From: Phyllobates terribilis
Lineage: Eukaryota
DNA length: 64,000 nucleotides
Assembly (NCBI RefSeq): GCF_046119375.1
Contig: NW_027362764.1
Location: 809,100,001 to 809,164,000, forward strand
Reading direction: 5' to 3'
The notes under the pieces were generated by a model. It did not search any database, was not told the origin of the DNA, and saw nothing but the letters and a program-made list of their open reading frames with translations. The translations under genes were made by a program, and so were the position numbers. This document shows positions 32,369-42,769 of the stretch, in pieces; position 1 is the stretch's first letter, and each line of letters opens with the position of its first letter.

Positions 32369-35300
32369 GGAGCGGGCGGCCTCTTGTGCCCCTCCGGCCT
32401 CTCTCTATCTGTCCTGGAGCGGACGGCCTCTTGTGCCCCTCCGGCCTCTCTCTATCTGTCCTGGAGCGGGCGGCCTCTTGTGCCCCTCCGGCCTCTCTCT
32501 ATCTGTCCTGGAGCGGGCGGCCTCTTGTGCCCCTCCGGCCTCTCTCTATCTGTCCTGGAGCGGACGGCCTCTTGTGCCCCTCCGGCCTCTCTCTATCTGT
32601 CCTGGAGCGGGCGGCCTCTTGTGCCCCTCCGGCCTCTCTCTATCTGTCCTGGAGCGGACGGCCTCTTGTGCCCCTCCGGCCTCTCTCTATCTGTCCTGGA
32701 GCGGACGGCCTCTCGTGCCCCCCCCCCCCTGGCCTCTCTCTATCTGTCCTGGAGCGGACGGCCTCTCGTGCCCCCCCCTGGCCTCTCTCTATCTGTCCTG
32801 GAGCGGACGGCCTCTCGTGCCCCCCCCTGGCCTCTCTCTATCTGTCCTGGAGCGGACGGCCTCTCGTGCCCCCCCCCCCCTGGCCTCTCTCTATCTGTCC
32901 TGGAGCGGACGGCCTCTCGTGCCCCCCCCTGGCCTCTCTCTATCTGTCCTGGAGCGGACGGCCTCTCGTGCCCCCCCCTGGCCTCTCTCTATCTGTCCTG
33001 GAGCGGACGGCCTCTCGTGCCCCCCCCCCCCTGGCCTCTCTCTATCTGTCCTGGAGCGGACGGCCTCTCGTGCCCCCCCCCCCCTGGCCTCTCTCTATCT
33101 GTCCTGGAGCAGACGGCCTCTCGTGCCCCCCCCTGGCCTCTCTCTATCTGTCCTGGAGCGGACGGCCTCTCGTGCCCCCCCCCCCCTGGCCTCTCTCTAT
33201 CTGTCCTGGAGCGGACGGCCTCTCGTGCCCCCCCCTGGCCTCTCTCTATCTGTCCTGGAGCGGACGGCCTCTCGTGCCCCCCCCTGGCCTCTCTCTATCT
33301 GTCCTGGAGCGGACGGCCTCTCGTGCCCCCCCCTGGCCTCTCTCTATCTGTCCTGGAGCGGACGGCCTCTCGTGCCCCCCCCCCCTGGCCTCTCTCTATC
33401 TGTCCTGGAGCGGACGGCCTCTCGTGCCCCCCCCTGGCCTCTCTCTATCTGTCCTGGAGCGGACGGCCTCTCGTGCCCCCCCCCCCTGGCCTCTCTCTAT
33501 CTGTCCTGGAGCGGACGGCCTCTCGTGCCCCCCCCTGGCCTCTCTCTATCTGTCCTGGAGCGGACGGCCTCTCGTGCCCCCCCCTGGCCTCTCTCTATCT
33601 GTCTTGGAGCGGACGGCCTCTCGTGCCCCCCCCTGGCCTCTCTCTATCTGTCCTGGAGCGGACGGCCTCTTGTGCCCCCCCCTGGCCTCTCTCTATCTGT
33701 CCTGGAGCGGACGGCCTCTTGTGCCCCCCCTGCCTCCCTGTCTGTCCTGGAGCGGACGGCCTCTCGTGCCCCCCCCTGGCCTCTCTCTATCTGTCTTGGA
33801 GCGGACGGCCTCTCGTGCCCCCCCCTGGCCTCTCTCTATCTGTCCTGGAGCGGACGGCCTCTCGTGCCCCCCCCCTGGCCTCTCTCTATCTGTCTTGGAG
33901 CGGACGGCCTCTCGTGCCCCCCCCTGGCCTCTCTCTATCTGTCCTGGAGCGGACGGCCTCTCGTGCCCCCCCTGCCTCCCTGTCTGTCCTGGAGCGGACG
34001 GCCTCTCGTGCCCCCCCCCCCCTGGCCTCTCTCTATCTGTCCTGGAGCAGACGGCCTCTCGTGCCCCCCCCTGGCCTCTCTCTATCTGTCCTGGAGCGGA
34101 CGGCCTCTCGTGCCCCCCCCCCCCTGGCCTCTCTCTATCTGTCCTGGAGCGGACGGCCTCTCGTGCCCCCCCCCTGGCCTCTCTCTATCTGTCTTGGAGC
34201 GGACGGCCTCTCGTGCCCCCCCCTGGCCTCTCTCTATCTGTCCTGGAGCGGACGGCCTCTCGTGCCCCCCCTGCCTCCCTGTCTGTCCTGGAGCGGACGG
34301 CCTCTCGTGCCCCCCCCCCCTGGCCTCTCTCTATCTGTCCTGGAGCGGACGGCCTCTCGTGCCCCCCCCTGGCCTCTCTCTATCTGTCCTGGAGCGGACG
34401 GCCTCTCGTGCCCCCCCCCCCCCTGGCCTCTCTCTATCTGTCCTGGAGCGGACGGCCTCTCGTGCCCCCCCCTGGCCTCTCTCTATCTGTCCTGGAGCGG
34501 ACGGCCTCTCGTGCCCCCCCCTGGCCTCTCTCTATCTGTCCTGGAGCGGACGGCCTCTCGTGCCCCCCCCCCCCTGGCCTCTCTCTATCTGTCCTGGAGC
34601 GGACGGCCTCTCGTGCCCCCCCCCCCTGGCCTCTCTCTATCTGTCCTGGAGCGGACGGCCTCTCGTGCCCCCCCCCCCCTGGCCTCTCTCTATCTGTCCT
34701 GGAGCGGACGGCCTCTCGTGCCCCCCCCCCCCTGGCCTCTCTCTATCTGTCCTGGAGCGGACGGCCTCTCGTGCCCCCCCCTGGCCTCTCTCTATCTGTC
34801 CTGGAGCGGACGGCCTCTCGTGCCCCCCCCCCCCCCTGGCCTCTCTCTATCTGTCCTGGAGCGGACGGCCTCTCGTGCCCCCCCCTGGCCTCTCTCTATC
34901 TGTCCTGGAGCGGACGGCCTCTCGTGCCCCCCCCTGGCCTCTCTCTATCTGTCTTGGAGCGGACGGCCTCTCGTGCCCCCCCCTGGCCTCTCTCTATCTG
35001 TCCTGGAGCGGACGGCCTCTTGTGCCCCCCCTGCCTCCCTGTCTGTCCTGGAGCGGACGGCCTCTCGTGCCCCCCCCTGGCCTCTCTCTATCTGTCTTGG
35101 AGCGGACGGCCTCTCGTGCCCCCCCCTGGCCTCTCTCTATCTGTCCTGGAGCGGACGGCCTCTCGTGCCCCCCCCTGGCCTCTCTCTATCTGTCCTGGAG
35201 CGGACGGCCTCTCGTGCCCCCCCCTGGCCTCTCTCTATCTGTCTTGGAGCGGACGGCCTCTCGTGCCCCCCCCTGGCCTCTCTCTATCTGTCCTGGAGCG

Positions 35301-36840
35301 GACGGCCTCTTGTGCCCCCCCTGCCTCCCTGTCTGTCCTGGAGCGGACGGCCTCTCGTGCCCCCCCCTGGCCTCTCTCTATCTGTCTTGGAGCGGACGGC
35401 CTCTCGTGCCCCCCCCTGGCCTCTCTCTATCTGTCCTGGAGCGGACGGCCTCTCGTGCCCCCCCCTGGCCTCTCTCTATCTGTCTTGGAGCGGACGGCCT
35501 CTCGTGCCCCCCCCTGGCCTCTCTCTATCTGTCCTGGAGCGGACGGCCTCTTGTGCCCCCCCTGCCTCCCTGTCTGTCCTGGAGCGGACGGCCTCTCGTG
35601 CCCCCCCCTGGCCTCTCTCTATCTGTCTTGGAGCGGACGGCCTCTCGTGCCCCCCCCTGGCCTCTCTCTATCTGTCCTGGAGCGGACGGCCTCTCGTGCC
35701 CCCCCCTGGCCTCTCTCTATCTGTCCTGGAGCGGACGGCCTCTCGTGCCCCCCCCTGGCCTCTCTCTATCTGTCTTGGAGCGGACGGCCTCTCGTGCCCC
35801 CCCCTGGCCTCTCTCTATCTGTCCTGGAGCGGACGGCCTCTTGTGCCCCCCCCTGGCCTCTCTCTATCTGTCTTGGAGCGGACGGCCTCTCGTGCCCCCC
35901 CCTGGCCTCTCTCTATCTGTCCTGGAGCGGACGGCCTCTCGTGCCCCCCCCCTGGCCTCTCTCTATCTGTCCTGGAGCGGACGGCCTCTCGTGCCCCCCC
36001 CCCCCTGGCCTCTCTCTATCTGTCCTGGAGCGGACGGCCTCTCGTGCCCCCCCCCCCCTGGCCTCTCTCTATCTGTCCTGGAGCGGACGGCCTCTCGTGC
36101 CCCCCCCTGGCCTCTCTCTATCTGTCCTGGAGCGGACGGCCTCTCGTGCCCCCCCCCCCCTGGCCTCTCTCTATCTGTCCTGGAGCGGACGGCCTCTCGT
36201 GCCCCCCCCTGGCCTCTCTCTATCTGTCCTGGAGCGGACGGCCTCTCGTGCCCCCCCCCCCCTGGCCTCTCTCTATCTGTCCTGGAGCGGACGGCCTCTC
36301 GTGCCCCCCCCTGGCCTCTCTCTATCTGTCTTGGAGCGGACGGCCTCTCGTGCCCCCCCCCCCCTGGCCTCTCTCTATCTGTCTTGGAGCGGACGGCCTC
36401 TCCTGCCCCTCCGGCCTCTCTCTATCTGTCCTGGAGCGGACGGCCTCTCGTGCCCCCCCCCCGGCCTCTCTCTATCTGTCTTGGAGCGGGCGGCCTCTCG
36501 TGCCCCCCCCCTGGCCTCTCTCTATCTGTCCTGGAGCGGACGGCCTCTTGTGCCCCCCCTGCCTCCCTGTCTGTCCTGGAGCGGACGGCCTCTCGTGCCC
36601 CCCCCTGGCCTCTCTCTATCTGTCCTGGAGCGGACGGCCTCTCGTGCCCCCCCCCCCCCTGGCCTCTCTCTATCTGTCTTGGAGCTGGCGGCCTCTCGTG
36701 CCCCCCCCGGCCTCTCTATCTGTCTTGGAGCTGGCGGCCTCTCGTGCCCCCCCCTGGCCTCTCTCTATCTGTCTTGGAGCTGGCGGCCTCTCCTGCCCCT
36801 CCGGCCTTCCTGTCTGTCCTGGAGCGGACGGCCTCTTGTG
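30385..36840. repeat. Composite array: 43-bp GGAGCGGGCGGCCTCTTCTGCCCCGCCGGCCTCTCACTCTCGT (to ~32295), (CT)n (~32297-32346), then ~50-bp GGAGCGGACGGCCTCTCGTG-polyC-TGGCCTCTCTCTATCTGTCCT
   Basis: Directly visible; source of the 2170-2197-aa ORFs. Confidence 0.97.
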
Positions 36841-37494
36841 CCCTGCCAGTCTGTCTCTACATTATCAGTTGCTCGGGGGTTAATCGCCTTCGTGTCCCTG
36901 GGATGACATCACGCAGCATTAACCCCTCGGGGCCCGGCTGGTCGCGCTGTCAGACGCCTGTTTGGCCGCGGTCCGGGGTGGAATGATGAGATTCCTGCCA
37001 AACCCCAGCGGATCTGAGGGAGATTTTCCTATAACCCATCTCCTCCGAAACCAAACACCCCCAGACATTAACCCCTGCCGCGCTGCACCGCTCTGTAGGC
37101 TGCTTTACACCAGGAGCTCTTATGTCGGTGCCCTGTAGTGGGAGGAGCCTTCTGTCAGAGTAGTTGTCATGGGGGCAAATGTGGTGTTTCATTACCTGTC
37201 ACTTATCTTATTGGGTCACTGCCCCCTTAAAGGGCCCCCATCCTCATAGTGACTGTTCACACCTGCCCAGGCTCAGGGTACGGTGGTCATCCCTCCTGCT
37301 GGACTCCTGTAGATCTATTATGTCAGAGCTGTCAATCACAGAAGAGGGGGCGGAGACAGAGGGAGCCGGGCCGGTGGGAATGACCATGGTGCACTGAGCC
37401 TGGTGTGAACAGTCGTTCTGTGTTGACAGTCCCTTTTAATAGCTGTTACCATATTGTGGGCGGAGCCACTATCCTCCCCACCCACATTACACAC

Positions 37495-37554
<60 letters not shown>
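37495..37554. repeat. (GAT)20 microsatellite
   Basis: Perfect trinucleotide run. Confidence 0.98.
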
Positions 37555-37710
37555 CAGCTCATTCACTTTTTGTTACACAATGGGGGCTGCAAGTTCCGCT
37601 GGACACTTTCTGGTGTCGCCTTTGTAGCCCTGTGGCGGGGGGCGAGCCGGACCTCCTCGATACCACATTCATAAAGGATCCTCGGATCGCACCTCCCCCC
37701 TCCCCATATC

Positions 37711-39452
37711 CAGTGGGTACGGAAAGTATTCAGACCCCTTTACATTTTTCACTCTTTGTTTCATTGCAGCCGTTTGGTAAATTCTAAAAAGTTCATTGTT
37801 TCTCAGTAAAGTCCACTCTGCACCCCATCTTCACTGAAAAAAACAAATGTAGAAATTTTTGCAAATTTATTGAAAAAGAAAAACTGATATCACATGGTCA
37901 TAAGTATTCAGCCCCTTTGCTCAGACACTCATATTTAAGTCACGTGCTGTCCATTTCCTTGTGATCCTCCTTGAGATGCTTCTACTCCTTCATTGGAGTC
38001 CAGCTGTGTTTAATTAAACTGATAGGACTTGATTTGGAAAGGCGCACACCTGTCTATATAAGACCTCACAGCTCACAGTGCATGTCAGACCAAATGAGAA
38101 TCATGAGCTCAAAGGAACTGCCCAAGGAGCTCAGAGACAGAATTGTGACAAGGCACAGATCTGCCCAAGGAGCTCAGAGACAGAATTGTGACAAGGCACA
38201 GATCTGCCCAAGGAGCTCAGAGACAGAATTGTGGCAAGGGACAGATCTGGCCAAGGAGCTCAGAGACAGAATTGTGGCAAGGCACAGATCTGGCCAAGGT
38301 TATAAAAGAATTTCTGCATTACTCAAGGTTCCTAAGAGCACAGTGGTCTCCATAATCCTTAAATGGAAGAAGTTTGGGACCACCAGAAGTCTTCCTAGAC
38401 CTGGCCGTCCAGCCAAACTGAACAATCGTGGGAGAAGAGCCTTGGTGAAAGAGGTAAAGAAGAACCCCAAGATCACTGTGGCTGAGCTCCAGAGATGCAG
38501 TAGGGAGATGGGAGAAAGTTCCACAAAGTCAACTATCACTGCAGCCCTCCACCAGTCGGGCCTTTATGGCAGAGTGGCAAAACGGAAGCCTCTCCTCAGT
38601 GCAAGACATATGAAAGCCCGCATAGAGTTTGCTCAAAAACACATGAAGGACTCCCAGACTATGAGAAATAAGATTCTCTGGTCTGATGAGATGAAGATAG
38701 AACTTTTTGGTGATAATTCTAAGCGGTATGTGTGGAGAAAACCAGGCACTGCTCATCATCTGTCCAATACAATCCCAACAGTGAAACATGGTGGTGGCAG
38801 CATCATGCTATGGGGGTGTTTTTCAGCTGCAGGGACAGGACGACTGGTTACAATTGAAGGAAACATGAATGCGGCCAAGTACAGAGATATCCTGGATGAA
38901 AACCTCTTCCAGAGAGCTCTGGACCTCAGACTTGGCCGAAGGTTCACCTTCCAACAAGACAATGACCCTAAGCACACAGCTAAAATAACAAAGGAGTGGC
39001 TTCAGAACAACTCTGTGACCATTCATGACTGGCCCAGCCAGAGCCCTGACCTAAACCCAATTGAGCATCTCTGGGGAGACCTGAAAATGGCCGTCCACCA
39101 ACGTTCACCATCCGACCTGACGGAACTGGAGAGGATCTGCAAGGAAGAATGGCAGAGGATGCCCAAATCCAGGTGCATCATTCCCAAGAAGACTCATGGC
39201 TGCACTAGCTCAAAAGGGGGCTTCTACTCAATACTGAGCAAAGGGGCTGAATACTTATGACCATGTAAGATTTCAGGTTTTCTTGTTCAATAAATTTGCA
39301 AAAATTTCTACATTTCTGTTTTTTTCAGTCCAGATGGGAACAGAGTGTACATTAATGAGGAAAAAAATGAACTTTCTAGAATTTACCAAACGGCTGCAAT
39401 GAAACAAAGAGTGAAAAATGTAAAGGGGTCTGAATACTTTCCGTACCCACTG
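37711..39452 (+). mobile_element. Tc1-family DNA transposon, IR/DR type, TIRs ~215 bp (37711-37924, 39234-39452)
   Basis: CAGTGGGTACGGAAAGTATTCAGACCCCTTT... / ...AAAGGGGTCTGAATACTTTCCGTACCCACTG|TA; inner direct repeat AAGTATTCAGCCCCTTT in each TIR; first ~75 bp of both ends identical. Confidence 0.96.
38103..39260 (+). CDS. Tc1 transposase (DD34E), with N-terminal 43-aa insertion and frameshifted C-terminus; probably non-functional
   Basis: GRP motif, WSDE, FQQDNDPKH, SPDLNPIE with 34 residues between second D and E; normal ending ASFPRRLMAALAQKGASTQY* lies in another frame (39175-39237). Confidence 0.9.
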   Translation: MSSKELPKELRDRIVTRHRSAQGAQRQNCDKAQICPRSSETELWQGTDLAKELRDRIVARHRSGQGYKRISALLKVPKSTVVSIILKWKKFGTTRSLPRPGRPAKLNNRGRRALVKEVKKNPKITVAELQRCSREMGESSTKSTITAALHQSGLYGRVAKRKPLLSARHMKARIEFAQKHMKDSQTMRNKILWSDEMKIELFGDNSKRYVWRKPGTAHHLSNTIPTVKHGGGSIMLWGCFSAAGTGRLVTIEGNMNAAKYRDILDENLFQRALDLRLGRRFTFQQDNDPKHTAKITKEWLQNNSVTIHDWPSQSPDLNPIEHLWGDLKMAVHQRSPSDLTELERICKEEWQRMPKSRCIIPKKTHGCTSSKGGFYSILSKGAEYL

Positions 39453-39707
39453 TATCTGTCCGTAGGGTGGATCCTCGGATCGCTTCCCCCCCCCCCCATC
39501 CCTCTTCATATATGCCTGTTAGGTGGATCTTCGGATCGCACCTTCCCCCTCATATCTACCAGTGGGCAATAGAGGGTCCTTGGGTCTCACGTCCTCCCTT
39601 CCCACATATCTGCCTGTGGGGGTATCCTCAGGCGGCCCCCATATCTGCATGTAGGGGTCCTCCGCTGTGACACAGATTGCATCGGTCATATAAATAGACA
39701 ACATCTC

Positions 39708-39713
39708 TTTATT
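39708..39713 (-). terminator. Likely scx polyadenylation signal AATAAA
   Basis: TTTATT on + strand ~380 nt past the scx stop, followed by T/GT-rich sequence on the - strand. Confidence 0.65.
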
Positions 39714-40094
39714 GAGGCGATGGACAGTACACCGGTCCAGTCCTATAGTCCTGTACGGGCAGCGGCGCGGGCCACCGGTCTCTGAGCAGTGACCCTTCAG
39801 GATCATCTGGCCGGTAGAATGAGTGTTCTTTGGTGACCACCATAGAGCGCAGCTTTGGTCTTGTCCACGGCTCCCATATGCTGCTTGGTGGCCTGTGTGT
39901 GACGCCTCTGACCTCCACAAGCTCCTCATTCCAAGATGAGACCCCCGGAAAGGAGGCTCGGCATCTCCTCTGTTGAGCCCTGGATTTGGGGTGCGTCTGC
40001 TCCCTGTTCTTGGATGTGTTGTCCCAGCTCACTGCTCTCACCCGCTGAGTGATTTCAGGGTGTCACCGGGGGTCCATGCCCCCCGCAGCCTTCA

Positions 40095-40133
40095 TTAGGT
40101 TCTGATTGTAGTCTTCCTCTCTCGATCTTTTCC
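40095..40133 (-). CDS. scx: scx exon 2 (GKDRERKTTIRT*)
   Basis: - strand acceptor CCTTTCCTTCATTCTCTTTGCAG|GGA AAA GAT CGA GAG AGG AAG ACT ACA ATC AGA ACC TAA; matches the scleraxis C-terminal KDRDRKTAIRS. Confidence 0.92.
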   Translation of the reverse strand, partial: GKDRERKTTIRT

Positions 40134-40329
40134 CTGCAAAGAGAATGAAGGAAAGGGTTAACCTGGGAAGACCCTGGTAACTTGCTCCTGTGCACCCCCT
40201 AAAGTAGCCTGAAAGTGGCGCTGATGGGTGCGCTTTGCTTCATGCAGGATAAATACATTGTTAAAAGAATTTCGTTTTCTTGTCAGAAACCGTGAAATGG
40301 TAACTGCTACCAGCGAGTGGGGTGGTGTG

Positions 40330-42710
40330 GGGGGCCGACGGGCGCAATACAAGACCGGTACACGATCCAGGACGGAGCAGCAACGTGGAGGAACCCGAAG
40401 CGAGCAGGGGGGTGATGGGCGCAATACAAGAGCGGTACAGCATCCAGGACGAAGCCGCAACTTGGAGGTACTCGGAGTGAGCGGGAGGCGCAATACAAGA
40501 GCGGTACACCATCCAGGACGGAGCAGCAACGTGGAGGGACCCGAAGCGAGCAGGGGGGCCGACGGGCGCAATACAAGACCGGTACACGATCCAGGACGGA
40601 GCAGCAATGTGGAGGAACCCGAAGTGAGCAGGGGGGCCGATGGGCGCAATACAAGAGCGGTACACCATCCAGGACGGAGCAGCAACGTGGAGGAACCCGG
40701 AGCGAGCGTGAGGCGCAATACAAGAGCGGTTCACCATCCAGGACGAAGCAGCAACGTGGAGGAACCCGAAGCGAGCAGGGGGTCCGATGGGCGTAATACA
40801 TGATGGTACACCATCCAGGACGGAGCAGCAACGTGGAGGGACCCGAAGCGAGCAGGGGGGCCAACGGGCCCAATACAAGACCGGTACACGATCCAGGACG
40901 GAGCAGCAATGTGGAGGAACCCGAAGCGAGCAGGGGGGCCGATGGGCGCAATACAAGAGCGGTACACCATCCAGGACGGAGCAGCAACGTGGAGGAACCC
41001 GGAGTGAGCGTGAGGAGCAATACAAGAGCGGTACACCATCCAGGACGGAGCAGCAGCGTGGAGGAACCCGAAGCGAGCAGGGGGGCAGATGGGCGCAATA
41101 CAAGAGCGGTACAGCATCCAGGACGAAGCAGCAACGTGGAGGAACCTGGAGCGAGCGGGAGGCGCAATACAAGAGCGGTACACCATCCAGGACTGAGCAG
41201 CAACGTGGAGGAACCCGAAGCGAGCAGGGGGGCCGATGGGTGCAATACAAGAGCGGTACACTATCCAAGACTGAGCAGCAACGTGGAGGAACCCGAAGCG
41301 AGCTGGGGGGCCGATGGGCGCAATACAAGAGCGGTACACCATCCAGGACGGAGTAGCAACGTGGAGGAACCCGGAGCAGCAACGTGGAGGAACCCGGAGC
41401 GAGCGGGAGGCACAATACAAGAGCGGTACACCATCCAGGACGGAGCAGCAACGTGGAGGAACCCGAAGCGAGCAGGGGGGCCGATGGGCGCAATACAAGA
41501 GTGGTAAAATGTCCAGGACGGAGCAGCAACGTGGAGGAACCCGGAGCGAGCGGGAGGCGCAATACAAGAGCGGTACACCATCCAGGACGGAGCAGCAACG
41601 TGGAGGAACCCGAAGCGAGCAGGGGGGCCGATGGGCGCAATACAAGAGTGATAAAATGTCCAGGACGGAGCAGCAACGTGGAGGAACCCGGAGCGAGCGG
41701 GAGGCGCAATACAAGAGCGGTAGACCATCCAGGACGGAGCAGCAACGTGGAGGAACCCGGAGCGAGTGGGAGGCGCAATACGTTGCTGTTTCGTCCTGGA
41801 TGGCGTACCGCTCTTGTATTGCGCCTCCCGCTCGCTCCGGGTTCCTCCACGTTGCTGTTTCGTCCTGGATGGTGTACCGCTCTTAAGAGCGGGAGGCGCA
41901 ATACTCCGGGTTCCTCTACAAGAGCGGTACACCTTCCAGGACGAAGCGGCAACCTGGAGCGAGCGGGAGGCGCATTACAAGAGCGGTACACCATCCAGGA
42001 AGGAGCAGCAACGTGGAGGAACCCGGAGCAAGCAGGAGGCGCAATACAAGAGCGGTACACCATCCAGGACGAAGCAGCAACGTGGAGGAAGCCGAAGCGA
42101 GCAGGGGGGCCAACGGGCGCAATACAAGAGCGATGCAGCAACGTGGAGGAACCCGGAGCGAGCGGGAGGCGCAATACAAGAGCGGTAGACCATCCAGGAC
42201 GGAGCAGCAACGTGGAGGAACCCGGAGCGAGTGGGAGGCGCAATACGTTGCTGTTTCGTCCTGGATGGCGTACCGCTCTTGTATTGCGCCTCCCGCTCGC
42301 TCCGGGTTCCTCCACGTTGCTGTTTCGTCCTGGATGGTGTACCGCTCTTAAGAGCGGGAGGCGCAATACTCCGGGTTCCTCTACAAGAGCGGTACACCTT
42401 CCAGGACGAAGCGGCAACCTGGAGCGAGCGGGAGGCGCATTACAAGAGCGGTACACCATCCAGGAAGGAGCAGCAACGTGGAGGAACCCGGAGCAAGCAG
42501 GAGGCGCAATACAAGAGCGGTACACCATCCAGGACGAAGCAGCAACGTGGAGGAAGCCGAAGCGAGCAGGGGGGCCAACGGGCGCAATACAAGAGCGATG
42601 CAGCAACGTGGAGGAACCTGGAGCGACGCAGGGGGGCTGAAGGTCGCAATACAAGAGTGGTAAACCGTGGAGGAACCCAGAGCAAGCAGGGGGTGCAATA
42701 GAAGAGCGGT
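40330..42710. repeat. 60-76-bp minisatellite GGCGCAATACAAGAGCGGTACACCATCCAGGACGGAGCAGCAACGTGGAGGAACCCG..., with internal inversions and a 465-bp duplication
   Basis: Directly visible; inverted units at 41781-41884 and 42246-42349. Confidence 0.95.
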
Positions 42711-42718
42711 ACACAGCT

Positions 42719-42769
42719 CACAGCTAAAATAATAAAGGAGTGGCTTCAGAACAACTCTGTGACCATTCA
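42719..42769 (+). mobile_element. 51-bp fragment of the Tc1 transposase gene
   Basis: CACAGCTAAAATAATAAAGGAGTGGCTTCAGAACAACTCTGTGACCATTCA equals 38975-39025 with one mismatch. Confidence 0.9.

Noticed and set aside
30313-36986. ORFs of 2170-2197 aa
   Set aside because: Stop-free minisatellite inside bop1 intron 3; same peptides in every frame.
37405-37674. Poly-Asp or poly-Ile ORFs
   Set aside because: Arise from the (GAT)20 microsatellite; no splice or homology support.
37971-38102. N-terminal 44 aa of the 429-aa Tc1 ORF
   Set aside because: Begins at a TTG in the element's leader; Tc1 homology starts at the ATG at 38094 or 38103.
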